This document shows, in pieces, positions 1 through 9,417 of a DNA stretch of 64,000 nt; the stretch's first letter is position 1; each line of letters opens with the position of its first letter. The notes under the pieces are model-generated. The model ran no database searches and was not told where the DNA came from. It saw only the letters and a list, made by a program, of their open reading frames with translations. Source of the DNA: Candidatus Eiseniibacteriota bacterium. GTDB taxonomy: Bacteria; Eisenbacteria; RBG-16-71-46; JACRLI01. The translations under genes were made by a program, and so were the position numbers. The DNA is taken from positions 247,405 to 311,404 of the forward strand of contig JACRLI010000014.1 of assembly GCA_016235265.1 (NCBI GenBank). Direction: 5' to 3'.

Positions 1-530
1 GCGGCGTCCTTCTCCGCGGGGTGCACCGAGTCCTCGAGGTCCAGGATCACGGCGTCGGCGTGGTACAGCCCGGCGTTGGCCATGAACTTGGGCTCGTTGC
101 CCGGAAGGTAGAGACGCGAGCGGCGCAGGCGGTCGCGCGCGCCCGGCCCGGGCCGCGCCACTGCGGTGGGCAGCGCACGCCTGCCGGCGCCCAGTCCCGC
201 GCGGCGTGCGGCGGCCTCCAGGCGCGCATCAATGGTCCACGGCAGCGCGCCGGCGTCGCGGAGGACCACCTTCGCGTGGGCCACACCGAGTTGCCCGAGC
301 GTGGCGGTGGCCTGCCGGCGGATGTTCTCGCCGTAGTAGACCTCCACCTTGGATCGCAGCTCGATCTCGATCCCGCCGCTCGGGCGCGGCTCGATCGTGA
401 CGTGCAGGTCGGAGCGGACCGATTCGCCCATGCGGCCGGCCTCGCCGCAGCGGACGGCCGCGCCGCCCGCGGCCGTCGGCGGATCCCGGCGAACGCGGCC
501 TGCACCCTTGCGGGTCTTCGTGGGTTTCAT
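1..530 (-). CDS. Citrate lyase acyl-carrier (CitD-like) fused to a CitE/HpcH-type lyase domain; runs off the window's left edge
   Basis: Not in the ORF track. Manual translation from ATG 530: MKPTKTRKG...AGRMGESVRSDLHVTIEP...IELRSKVEVYYGENIR...DAGALPWTIDARLEAA (ACP-like), then LRRSRLYLPGNEPKFMANAGLYHADAVILDLEDSVHPAEKDA (CitE N-terminal signature). Confidence 0.88.
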   Translation of the reverse strand, partial: MKPTKTRKGAGRVRRDPPTAAGGAAVRCGEAGRMGESVRSDLHVTIEPRPSGGIEIELRSKVEVYYGENIRRQATATLGQLGVAHAKVVLRDAGALPWTIDARLEAAARRAGLGAGRRALPTAVARPGPGARDRLRRSRLYLPGNEPKFMANAGLYHADAVILDLEDSVHPAEKDA

Positions 531-555
531 GCGTCGGCCCCCTGTCCGTGAGGAG

Positions 556-622
556 GTAGGGCAAGCACTCATGCCTGCCGGGGTACGAGCGGATCTTTGG
601 CAGGCATGAATGCCTGCCCTAC
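556..622. repeat. GTAG-family REP inverted doublet (REPIN-like)
   Basis: GTAGGGCAAGCACTCATGCCTGCC-spacer-GGCAGGCATGAATGCCTGCCCTAC; related copies at 1858-1928 and 42321-42388. Confidence 0.8.
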
Positions 623-1803
623 AAGTGCGCCAGGATCGCGTCGGTCAGCTGCCGGGTGGAGGCGGCGCCCTTCGTGAGCGCCTCCGCGCCTCCGGGCAGG
701 CGCATCATGTCGTAGGTGCGCACCTTGCCCTCCTTCACCACCGCCGCCACGGCGTCGCGCACCTTCTTCGCGCGGGCCTCCTCGCCCACGTGGTCGAGCA
801 TCAGCGCGGCGGAGAGGATCATGGCGATGGGGTTCACGATGGACGGATTCAGCTCCTGGTACTTGGGTGCGGAGCCATGCGTGGGCTCGAACACCGCCAC
901 CTCGTCGCCGATGTTGGCGGAGGAGGCGAAGCCCAGCCCGCCCACCAGGCCGGCGAACGCGTCGGAGACGATGTCGCCGAACAGGTTGCTGGCCACCACC
1001 ACGCCGTAGTGTTCGGGGTTCTTGGTGAGCCACATCATCATGGCGTCGATGTTGTCGGTGCTGAGCTTGATGCCGGGATACTCCGGCGCCATGCCCTTGG
1101 CCACTTCCTCGATCAGCCCCGAAGTCTCGCGCAGCACGTTGGGCTTCTCGCACACGGTCACGATCTTGTACCCGTGCCTCTTCGCGTACTCGAATGCCGC
1201 GCGCACGATGCGCTCGCTGGCCTTGCGGGTGATGCAGCGGATGGCGATGGCCAGGTCCTTGCCCGGCACGTCCTTGAACGGGGCGAACTTCTTGTGCGAG
1301 CCCAGGGCCTCGCGCACCGCGGCCGGCGGGTCGCTCCACTCCACGCCCGCGTACAGCCCCTCGGTGTTCTGGCGGAAGATCACCGCGTTCACCGGCGGCT
1401 CCTCGAAGCCGCCGCCGGCGGTCTTGCGGATGAAGTTGAGCGGGTTGCCGCCGAAGGCGATGCAGGGGCGCAGGCATATGTCGAGGTTGAACTTCTGCCG
1501 CATGCCCACGATGGGGCTGAAGTAGGTGAGGCCCTTGCCCTGCAGTTCGGGCTTCAGCTCCGCCTCCGAGGCCTTCCTGGGCTTCGAGGTGATGGCTCCG
1601 AACAGCCCCAGCCGGTGCTTCTTCAGCAGCTCGATGGTGCGTTCCGGGAGCGCGTTGCCCTCGTTCACCCAGCAGTCCCAGCCGATGTCCGCGTGGACGT
1701 ACTCGGCGTCGAATCCGACCTTCTGCAGCACCCGCACCGCCTCGGGCAGCACCGTCTTGCCGATGCCGTCCCCGGGCATGGTGACCACCGTGTGACGCGC
1801 CAT
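619..1803 (-). CDS. Isocitrate/isopropylmalate dehydrogenase family; homoisocitrate dehydrogenase-like
   Basis: Motifs MPGDGIG, GAITS, SPIVGMRQ, RQNTEGLY, NLFGDIVSD, FEPTHGSAP. Confidence 0.93.
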   Translation of the reverse strand: MARHTVVTMPGDGIGKTVLPEAVRVLQKVGFDAEYVHADIGWDCWVNEGNALPERTIELLKKHRLGLFGAITSKPRKASEAELKPELQGKGLTYFSPIVGMRQKFNLDICLRPCIAFGGNPLNFIRKTAGGGFEEPPVNAVIFRQNTEGLYAGVEWSDPPAAVREALGSHKKFAPFKDVPGKDLAIAIRCITRKASERIVRAAFEYAKRHGYKIVTVCEKPNVLRETSGLIEEVAKGMAPEYPGIKLSTDNIDAMMMWLTKNPEHYGVVVASNLFGDIVSDAFAGLVGGLGFASSANIGDEVAVFEPTHGSAPKYQELNPSIVNPIAMILSAALMLDHVGEEARAKKVRDAVAAVVKEGKVRTYDMMRLPGGAEALTKGAASTRQLTDAILAHL

Positions 1804-1857
1804 CTCCTCATCCTCCCCGCATGGGGCGGGCTCGCGTGCCCGCCGGCGACTTTGCAG

Positions 1858-1928
1858 GCAGGTCAGGCGTGCATGCCTGGCCTGCGGCTCGATCCTGAAC
1901 TCCCGCCAGGCTTGAATGCCTGACCTAC
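1858..1928. repeat. GTAG-family REP inverted doublet
   Basis: GCAGGTCAGGCGTGCATGCCTGGC...GCCAGGCTTGAATGCCTGACCTAC. Confidence 0.75.
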
Positions 1929-3868
1929 TTCATCTTGCTCCGGACCAGGTTCTCCACGCCGCCGGCCACCACCAGCCCCTGCGGCACGCTGCCCAGCGGC
2001 GGGAACCGGAAGGGCCTGCCGCGCCAGGTGATCACGCCGGTCTTGAAGTCGATGTCCAGCGGATCGCCGGGTATCAGCGTCTTCTGTTTCGCGGCGATCC
2101 CGGCCTGGAAGGCTTCCTTCAGGGTGCGCACCAGTTCCGGGGTCTCCACGCACAGGAAGCCGTTGTTGAACGCGTTGCGCAGGTAGGTCTGCGAGAAGCT
2201 GCCCGCGATCACCAGCGGGATGTCCTTCGCCTGCAGCGCGGTCACGGCCTGCTCGCGGCTGGAGCCGGTGCCGAAGTTGAACCCGCCCACCAGGATGTCG
2301 CCCGCGCGCGCGTTCCTGGCGAAGTCGGGGTCGTAGTTCTGCATCACGACCTCGGCCATCATTTCGCGGGTCATGTCCTCGCGGTAGGTGTAGTCCTTCC
2401 CGTAGATGCCGTCGGTGTTGAGGTTGTCCTGCGGGGCGAAGACCAGCCGGCCGGAGAGCTTCTCCGGGAAGCCGGGCAGGATCTCCACGGCCTCGGCCGT
2501 GCCGGAGGCCGGCGCGGCCAGTGCCTCGTAGCGGCGGGTGAGGGCCCGGCGCGGCGCGTCGGCGGCGCCGGTGATGAACCCGGCGGCCGCGGAGGCGGCC
2601 ACCACCTCGGGGCTGGCCAGGTAGCACTGGGCGTCGCGCGAGCCCATGCGGCCCTTGAAATTCCGGTTGGTGGCGGAAATTCCCACCTCGCCGGCCTCCA
2701 GCAGGCCGGTGCCCAGGCCGATGCACGGTCCGCAGCTCGCCGGCAGCGCGGTGGCCCCGGCCTCCATCAGCGTGCCCCACGCGCCGCTCTTCTCGGCGGC
2801 CGCCTGCACCTCGGCGCTGGCGGCGGCCACGTAGAACTTCACGCCCGCGGCCACCTTCTTCCCGCGGATCACCTTCGCCGCGGCCTCCAGGTCCGAGAGG
2901 CGCGAGTTGGTGCACGAGATCAGGTAGGCCTTGTGGATCGCCACCTTCTTCGGCGCCACGTCGGCCAGCGCCGCCATCACCTGCACCGTGTCGGGCCCGG
3001 AGACGTGCGGCGTGACCTCGGCCAGGTCCAGCGTGATGCGCGCGGCGTAGGCGGCATCCGCGTCGGCGGCCGGCGGGTTGCGCTTCCACCCGGCGATGTC
3101 CGCCGCGGTGAACCGCTCCACCCCCTGCGCCTTGAGCAGCGCGTGGCGGCCTTCCAGGTACGCGATCGTGGTGGCGTCCACCGGGAACACCCCGGCCAGC
3201 GCGCCCCACTCGGTGCTCATGTTGGCGATGGCCAGGCGCTCGTCCATGGAGAGGCTGGCCACGCCCGGGCCGGCGAACTCCACCACCGCGTTGAGCACCT
3301 CCTCGCGGTTGTACAGGCCGCACAGCGTGATGATCACGTCCTTGCCGGCCACGCCCGGCGGCAGCTTCCCTTCGAGGCGCACCTGCACCGTGCGCGGGAT
3401 CTGCCACCAGAACTCCCCGGTGGCCCACACCGCGGCGGCGTCGGTGCGCACCACCGGCGTGCCCAGCGCGCCCAGCGCGCCGTAGGTGTTGGAGTGCGAG
3501 TCGGATGCCACCACCAGCGCGCCCGGCACGGCGTAGCCCTTTTCCACGATGAGCTGGTGGCCGATGCCGGTGCCCGCGGGGTAGAAGTCCACCCCGTGCT
3601 CCTTCGCGAAGGCCTCGATGGAGCGGTACTTCCTGAGATTGTCCTCGGCGGTGTTCTGGATGTCGTGGTCCAGCGCGAACACCGGCTGTCTCGCGTCCCG
3701 GATGCGAGGCGCGCCGATGCTCTTGAACTTCTTCATCACCGCCGACGTGTTGTCGTGGGTCATGATGTGCCGCGGGCGCAGCGACACGAAGTCGCCCGCG
3801 CGCAGCGGCCGGTCCGGACCTTCCGCCAGGTGGGCCTGGCAGATCTTCTCGGCGAATGTCTGGCCCAT
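1925..3868 (-). CDS. Homoaconitase-like aconitase with fused large and small subunits (Lys4/LysF-like)
   Basis: Likely start MGQTFAEKI at 3868; MTHDN, DSHSNTYG, Fe-S motifs SCTNSR and SCGPCIG, NRNFKGRMG, swivel-domain NTDGIY and GSSREQA. Confidence 0.92.
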   Translation of the reverse strand: MGQTFAEKICQAHLAEGPDRPLRAGDFVSLRPRHIMTHDNTSAVMKKFKSIGAPRIRDARQPVFALDHDIQNTAEDNLRKYRSIEAFAKEHGVDFYPAGTGIGHQLIVEKGYAVPGALVVASDSHSNTYGALGALGTPVVRTDAAAVWATGEFWWQIPRTVQVRLEGKLPPGVAGKDVIITLCGLYNREEVLNAVVEFAGPGVASLSMDERLAIANMSTEWGALAGVFPVDATTIAYLEGRHALLKAQGVERFTAADIAGWKRNPPAADADAAYAARITLDLAEVTPHVSGPDTVQVMAALADVAPKKVAIHKAYLISCTNSRLSDLEAAAKVIRGKKVAAGVKFYVAAASAEVQAAAEKSGAWGTLMEAGATALPASCGPCIGLGTGLLEAGEVGISATNRNFKGRMGSRDAQCYLASPEVVAASAAAGFITGAADAPRRALTRRYEALAAPASGTAEAVEILPGFPEKLSGRLVFAPQDNLNTDGIYGKDYTYREDMTREMMAEVVMQNYDPDFARNARAGDILVGGFNFGTGSSREQAVTALQAKDIPLVIAGSFSQTYLRNAFNNGFLCVETPELVRTLKEAFQAGIAAKQKTLIPGDPLDIDFKTGVITWRGRPFRFPPLGSVPQGLVVAGGVENLVRSKMK

Positions 3869-3894
3869 GTCCTCGCCACCCCTCCCGCGCCGGC

Positions 3895-5298
3895 CTACCG
3901 GTCGGCCTTCATCAGGGCCATCAGCTCGGCGACGGAACCGCACTTCTCCAGGCTCCAGATGGCGTCCTTGAGCTTTCTGCGCGCGCCGTCGGTCATCACC
4001 GGCCCGGCCAGCGCGTCGAACTTCTCCTCGATCTCGGAGTCGGTGAGCGGGTTGCGCGGATCGCCCTTGGGATAGTCGAGCTGGCGCGTGTACTGCTTCC
4101 CGTCGGTGGTGTGGATGGTCACGATCACCCGCTGCAGCTTCGGGAACAGCTTCTCCACCTCGGGATCGGCCACCACTTCCACCTTCTTCAGCTGCGCGCG
4201 GATCACCGGGTCCATGATCTTGGCGTCCGTGAACTGGAGCGGCGTCACCTGGCGCTCCGCCACCGCCGCGGCGATGACGTAGGGCAGCGAGTGGTCGGCG
4301 GTCTCCTTGTTGCGCGGGTCGTACTTGCTGGGATCGCTCAGGATGTCGGCCGCGCGCGCCAGGGAGCGGATGTGCACCTTCGCCACCTGCTCGGGCTTCA
4401 GGTCGTGCTCCTTGACGATCTCCAGCGTGGCGGAGATGGGCGCGTGCGTGAGCGCCTCGGTGGGGAAGGCCTTCATGCCGCAGCGCGGGATCCGCCAGTC
4501 GGTGCCCAGTCCGTCGGTGAGCACCTCCAGCTTCCACTCGTGCCCGAACACCTTGACCAGCCCCTCCTTGCCGTCGATCACGTGCTCGGGGCCGGTGTAG
4601 CCGCGCTCGGCCAGCAGCGCCGCGAACACGCCCTGCTGCGTGGCCATGGGGTCCACGGTGTTCTTCATCATGGTCAGCTTGCCGGCGGTGACCGCTCCCA
4701 GCGAGCAGCAGTGGCAGCCGGAGATGCCGATGGCGTGCTGGATCTTCTCCCACGGGAGCCGGATGGCGCGGCCCGCGACGATGGGGGAGACGAACCCGGT
4801 CAGCGTGGCGTGGTGCCAGCCGTACTCGCGCACGCCGGGCACGCCCGCCTCGCACAGGCGCATCTCGAACTCGTGGCCCAGCACGATGCCCACGATCAGC
4901 TCGCGGCCGTCGCTCTTCGCGCGCTCGCAGCCGGCGATGGCGGCGGGGATGATGTCGGTGGGGTGGGAGGGGTCGGCCTGCCAGTAGATGTCGTTGTAGT
5001 CCATCACGCGGATCATGAGCGCGTTGGCGAGCGCGGCGCTCACCGGGTCCACCCGCTGGCCGGTGCCGATGACGGTGGCCGGGCCGGTGCCCGCGAGCTC
5101 GCCCAGCGTCTCGAGCGCGATCTTCGTGTCGTCCTGGCGGTAGCCGCCCAGGGCGCACCCCGCGGAATCCAGCAGGTAGCGCTTGGCCTGGTACACCGAC
5201 TCCTGCGGGATGTGGGCGAACTCCAGGCCGGCGGCCCAGCGGGCCATGACGGCGGTGATGGTCTCCTTCTTGGCGGCGGCTTCCGTGGTGGCGCTCAT
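3895..5298 (-). CDS. prpD: MmgE/PrpD family dehydratase (2-methylcitrate dehydratase-like)
   Basis: DYNDIY...SHPTD, GWHHAT, ETADHSLPY, PKGDPRNPL motifs. Confidence 0.9.
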   Translation of the reverse strand: MSATTEAAAKKETITAVMARWAAGLEFAHIPQESVYQAKRYLLDSAGCALGGYRQDDTKIALETLGELAGTGPATVIGTGQRVDPVSAALANALMIRVMDYNDIYWQADPSHPTDIIPAAIAGCERAKSDGRELIVGIVLGHEFEMRLCEAGVPGVREYGWHHATLTGFVSPIVAGRAIRLPWEKIQHAIGISGCHCCSLGAVTAGKLTMMKNTVDPMATQQGVFAALLAERGYTGPEHVIDGKEGLVKVFGHEWKLEVLTDGLGTDWRIPRCGMKAFPTEALTHAPISATLEIVKEHDLKPEQVAKVHIRSLARAADILSDPSKYDPRNKETADHSLPYVIAAAVAERQVTPLQFTDAKIMDPVIRAQLKKVEVVADPEVEKLFPKLQRVIVTIHTTDGKQYTRQLDYPKGDPRNPLTDSEIEEKFDALAGPVMTDGARRKLKDAIWSLEKCGSVAELMALMKADR

Positions 5299-5308
5299 CG
5301 TCTCCTCG

Positions 5309-5860
5309 TCATTTCTTCAGGTTCCTGGGGTCCTTGAAGGGCAGAAAGCTCATGAAGTCGGCATGGTGCACGATGAAGCCCTCGGTGCTGCGCTTCACCA
5401 GGTCGCCCTCGCCGGCGTGCGTGGCGATGATGTGGCACACCGCGTCGGGCACGCCGCACATCATGGCCACGCCCACGCCGGTGAAGGGGTGCCGCACGAA
5501 CTCGCCGCGCTCGCTCTGCTTCGCCTTGCCGTTCACCACCTCGTACTCCATCACCTTGCCCACGTCGGCCAGGATGGCCCCGGCGATCACCGTGTCCATG
5601 TCGATCTTCAGGGCGCGGCCCAGGAACTCCTGCATCGCTTCCGCGGACTTGCGCGCGATGTGCACCACGCAGCGCTTGTGCTCCATGAAGGTGACCGGGC
5701 AGTTCGGGACCAGCAGGGTGAACGGAATCGCGTGCAGGTCGGCGGGCTTGAGGGGACTGAACTCGAAGGCCTTGATCCAGGTCTGCAGGGTCTTCTCCCG
5801 GAGCTGGTGGTCCTGGATCCAATCCAGCTCCGGCCACAGCAGGGCGACTGCGTCTCTCAC
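5309..5860 (-). CDS. HD/HDIG-superfamily phosphohydrolase-like protein with the HD motif altered to AD
   Basis: GTG 5860 after GGGAGG RBS; EHKRCV...GAILADVGK...RHPFTG...HIIATH...VHHADF. Confidence 0.85.
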   Translation of the reverse strand: MRDAVALLWPELDWIQDHQLREKTLQTWIKAFEFSPLKPADLHAIPFTLLVPNCPVTFMEHKRCVVHIARKSAEAMQEFLGRALKIDMDTVIAGAILADVGKVMEYEVVNGKAKQSERGEFVRHPFTGVGVAMMCGVPDAVCHIIATHAGEGDLVKRSTEGFIVHHADFMSFLPFKDPRNLKK

Positions 5861-6075
5861 GGCGGCGATCCTCCCGTTGCGGGGCGCATGGCCCCGACAT
5901 CCCACAACCCCCCGTACACTAATATTCTGCGGCCCTCTTGTCGACCCCCTGCAGGTGCGATACTGAATTTTCTTCTCTATTTTGCGCGTATCCCGGATTT
6001 TGGTCCCCGGCCTGTCCGGCTGGTCCCCTGGTCCAAACCCCTGAAACTTCGGTCCCACACCCCTCGTAGAGCTTG

Positions 6076-6104
6076 TTGACAAAGTGACCTCAGTCATTTA
6101 TGAT
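6076..6104 (+). promoter_or_regulatory. Sigma70 promoter of the tetR-efflux operon with an operator-like palindrome in the spacer
   Basis: TTGACA(6076-6081)-17 bp-TATGAT(6099-6104); TGAC-CTCA-GTCA lies between the boxes. Confidence 0.85.
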
Positions 6105-6118
6105 CCAACTCGAAATAT

Positions 6119-6147
6119 GACCATGGTCCATAGTTGAACTTAGTTCA
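6119..6147. promoter_or_regulatory. Additional candidate TetR operators
   Basis: Palindromes GACCATGGTC and TGAACT-T-AGTTCA just upstream of the tetR RBS. Confidence 0.55.
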
Positions 6148-6158
6148 GGAGCACTACC

Positions 6159-6773
6159 GTGACGATTCCAGACGTTTCCCGGCGCGAGCGCAAGAAGGAC
6201 GAAACCCGCCAGCGCATCTTCAGGGCCGCCGTGGACCTCTTCCGCGAGAAGGGCTTCGAGGCCACCACCATCGACGACATCACCGAGCGTTCCGACGTGG
6301 CCAAGGGCACTTTCTTCAACTACTTCCCCCGGAAGGACTCCGTCCTGGGCTACTTCTCCGACCGGCAGCTGGAGGAGGTGGAGGCCAACCTGGGTGCGGT
6401 GCTGGCCGGGGACCTGCCGGTGCGCGAGAAGCTGCACCGCATCTACGGCACCGCGGCGGCGGCGTACAGCGAGGACCGCGAGCTGTCGCGTTTCATCCTC
6501 GTGGAGCTGATGTCGCGGGCATTCTCACCGGCCGAGGAGTCGGCGATGCGCTGGCACGACATGACCGCGCAGATCCTCACCCGGGGCATCGAAGCCGGCG
6601 AGATGCGCTCCGACATGGATCCGCTGCGCGCGGAAGCGGTGCTCACCGGGGTGTACTTCGCGACGGTCTATACCTGGGCATGCGGACCGGATGTGTGCCC
6701 CTCGCAGAGTCCGTCGCTGCTGGAGGAACTGCGGCAGCGGCTGGACCTGGTGTTCGACGGACTGGCGGTCTGA
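6159..6773 (+). CDS. TetR/AcrR family regulator
   Basis: N-terminal HTH: KGFEATTIDDITERSDVAKGTFFNYFPRK. Confidence 0.95.
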   Translation: MTIPDVSRRERKKDETRQRIFRAAVDLFREKGFEATTIDDITERSDVAKGTFFNYFPRKDSVLGYFSDRQLEEVEANLGAVLAGDLPVREKLHRIYGTAAAAYSEDRELSRFILVELMSRAFSPAEESAMRWHDMTAQILTRGIEAGEMRSDMDPLRAEAVLTGVYFATVYTWACGPDVCPSQSPSLLEELRQRLDLVFDGLAV

Positions 6774-6789
6774 GGAGGAGGTGGGGAGC

Positions 6790-8325
6790 ATGAGGCGTTC
6801 GAGTCTTCCGGTTCTGGCCGCGGTGATCTTCGCGCTGACGGCTCTATCGCCTGCCGCAAATGCGGACTTGGCTTCTTCGCGTGCCGCGAACGCAGCCGCG
6901 GCACAGGCTGCGCCTGTTGCCGCGCCCGCGTTCGCGGCCGGGGGCTCCGCATTCGCGGCTGGGGCGACCGCCCCAACGCCCGGCACGCCGGCCGGATCCG
7001 CCGGTGCGCTCCGCCTCACGCTGGAGGAGGCTGTGCGGCGGGCGCTGGAGCAGGGCGAGGAGATGCGGGCCGCCCGGGCGCGGGTGCGCGAGGCCGGCGG
7101 CCGGGTGCGGGAGGCGGCCTCGGGGGCGTTTCCGCAGCTCACCGGCTCGCTGACCTACACGCGCCAGCTGCAGTCCATCTACGCGGACGCCGGGGCCGAC
7201 ACCGGAATCACCAACTTGTTCAAGAACTCGCCCTTCGGCGCCGCCAACAGCTGGAATGCCGAGTTGCACGCCGAACAGCTGTTGTTTGCCGGCGGCAAGG
7301 TGGGCGCGGGCATCAAGGCGGCGCGGTCCTACCGGCACGCCGCCCGCGAGAACGAGCGGGAGTCCGCCTCGGAAGTCACGTTCCAGGTGAAGCGCGCCTA
7401 CCTGGACGCCGCCCTGGCGCGCCGGGTGCTGGCGATCGCCGAGGGCGGGCTGACGCTGGCGCGCGAGCAGCTGAAGCAGGTGCGCATGTTCCGCAAGCAG
7501 GGCACGCGCTCCGAGTACGACCTGCTGCGCGCCCAGGTGGACGCGGCCAACCAGGAGCCGCCCGTGGTGAGCGCGCGCAACACCTTCGACCTGGCGCTGC
7601 TGGAGTTGAAGCGGCTGACCAACGTGCCCGCGGCGCAGCCGCTGGAGCTGACCACCGCGCTGGAGCCCGACAGCGCCTCCGTCCCGGTGCCTGCCCCGGA
7701 CAGCCTGGGCTTCGAGACCCGGCCCGCGCTGGTGGCCGCCGGGGAGAACGTGACGGTGCAGGAGCAGGCGGTGCGCGCGGCGATCGCCGGCCGCTGGCCG
7801 GAGCTCTCGGCCTCGGCGACGCTGTCGAACCTGGCGTTCCCGCAGTCGGTGGCGCCCTCCTCGACCGGGGACTTCAAGCGCAACTGGAGCGCCAGCGTGA
7901 AGCTGAGCTTCCCGCTGTTCCTGGGCTTCCGCACCGAGGGCGCGGCGGAGCGCGCGCGGGCGCAGGTGCAGGAGGCGGAGGCCGAGCGCGACCGGCTGCG
8001 CGAGAGCGTGCGCATCGAGGTGGAGCAGGCGCGGCTGGAGCTGGAGCACGCACGCAGCGCGCTGGCGGCCCGCCGCGAGGCGGTGCGCTGGGCGCGCCGG
8101 GCGCACGAATTGGCCGGCATCCGCTACGGGAGCGGCATGGCCACCCAACTGGATGTTTCCGACGCGCGGCTGCAGATGCAGACCGCGCAGATGCAGCAGG
8201 TGCAGGTGACGCGGGATTACCTGGTGGCGCTGGCGCAACTGGAACGCGCGCTGGGCCGTCCCGTGGCCGTGGTGTGGAGATCCCTGGAGTCCCTTGAGGA
8301 CAAGACCGGCGAGGAAGGGCAGTAG
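6790..8325 (+). CDS. TolC family outer membrane efflux protein
   Basis: ATG 6790 with signal peptide; LTLEEAVRRAL, two OEP repeats, YGSGMATQLDV. Confidence 0.92.
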   Translation: MRRSSLPVLAAVIFALTALSPAANADLASSRAANAAAAQAAPVAAPAFAAGGSAFAAGATAPTPGTPAGSAGALRLTLEEAVRRALEQGEEMRAARARVREAGGRVREAASGAFPQLTGSLTYTRQLQSIYADAGADTGITNLFKNSPFGAANSWNAELHAEQLLFAGGKVGAGIKAARSYRHAARENERESASEVTFQVKRAYLDAALARRVLAIAEGGLTLAREQLKQVRMFRKQGTRSEYDLLRAQVDAANQEPPVVSARNTFDLALLELKRLTNVPAAQPLELTTALEPDSASVPVPAPDSLGFETRPALVAAGENVTVQEQAVRAAIAGRWPELSASATLSNLAFPQSVAPSSTGDFKRNWSASVKLSFPLFLGFRTEGAAERARAQVQEAEAERDRLRESVRIEVEQARLELEHARSALAARREAVRWARRAHELAGIRYGSGMATQLDVSDARLQMQTAQMQQVQVTRDYLVALAQLERALGRPVAVVWRSLESLEDKTGEEGQ

Positions 8326-8327
8326 CG

Positions 8328-9416
8328 ATGCGGCGAATCATGCGACGTGCGGGTGTGGCGGTGGCCCTGGCGGCGGCGGGCGGTACCCTGGTCCTGCTGC
8401 TGGCCTCGTGTGCCGGGAAAAGCAGCAAGGCGGGAGAGAACGGCGGCACGGAAGCCGCCATCCTGGGCGAGCGGGACGTGGCCACGGTGGGCCGCGCGGA
8501 CTTGGAATCGGGCGTGCCGATCTCGGGAAACCTCAAGCCGCTGGTGGACGTGCAGATCAACTCGCCGTTCCCCGAGCTGATTGACCAGGTGCTGGTCCGC
8601 GAGGGCGAGGCGGTGCGCCGCGGCCAGGTGCTGGCGCGCTTCCACGCCTCCGCGCTGGCCCCCGCGGCGGCCAGCGCCGAGGCGCAGCTCAAGATGGCCC
8701 GCGCCGACCACGAGCGGATGCGGAACCTGCTCAAGGAGGGCGCGGTTTCCGAGCGCGACCTGGAGGGCGCCGAGGCGGCCCATCGCGCCGCCGAGAGCGC
8801 CGCGGCGGCGGCGCGCAAGTCGCTCGACGAGGCCACCGTGCGCTCCCCGGTGGACGGCGTGGTGGCGGCCCGTTTCGTACAGTCCGGCGACCGGGTGAAG
8901 GACGGCGTGCCGATGTTCCAGGTGGTGAACACCGCGCGGCTGGAATTCGAGGCCACGGTGCCCAGCGAGCACATCTCCCGCGTCCACGTGGGCGCGCCGG
9001 TGGGCCTCAACGTCTCGGGCTACCCCGAGGGCGAGGTGAGCGGGCGCGTGGCGCGCGTCAACGCCAGCGCCGATCCCGCCACCCGCCAGGTGCGCGTGTA
9101 CGTGGAAGTGGCCAACCCCGGCGGAAAGCTGGTGGGCGGGCTGTTCGCCTCCGGCCGCATCGTCACCGCCTCGGCGGGTGCGGTGCTGTGCGTGCCGCGC
9201 GCCGGCCTGCGCCGCGACCCTGCCGGCAAGAGCTACGTGTGGGTGGTCGAGGGCGGCCGGATCGCGCGGCGCGACGTGGAGCCCGGCCTGGCCGACGAGT
9301 CCCGCGACCTGGTCGAGATCCGCTCCGGGCTGCGGGGTGGCGAGGCCGCCGTGGTGGGACCGGTGGAGGGCCTCATCCCCGGCCAGGCGGTGCAGGTGTC
9401 GGGGAAGGGGGCCTGA
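8328..9416 (+). CDS. RND efflux membrane fusion protein
   Basis: Lipobox-like LASC; VREGEAVRRGQVL, VRSPVDGVV, DPATRQV. Confidence 0.93.
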   Translation: MRRIMRRAGVAVALAAAGGTLVLLLASCAGKSSKAGENGGTEAAILGERDVATVGRADLESGVPISGNLKPLVDVQINSPFPELIDQVLVREGEAVRRGQVLARFHASALAPAAASAEAQLKMARADHERMRNLLKEGAVSERDLEGAEAAHRAAESAAAAARKSLDEATVRSPVDGVVAARFVQSGDRVKDGVPMFQVVNTARLEFEATVPSEHISRVHVGAPVGLNVSGYPEGEVSGRVARVNASADPATRQVRVYVEVANPGGKLVGGLFASGRIVTASAGAVLCVPRAGLRRDPAGKSYVWVVEGGRIARRDVEPGLADESRDLVEIRSGLRGGEAAVVGPVEGLIPGQAVQVSGKGA

Positions 9417-9417
9417 C

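Noticed and set aside
3869-5158. 1077-aa ORF suggesting a long N-terminal extension on homoaconitase
   Set aside because: The extension overlaps prpD in another frame and is Arg/Gly-rich shadow sequence; the likely start is 3868
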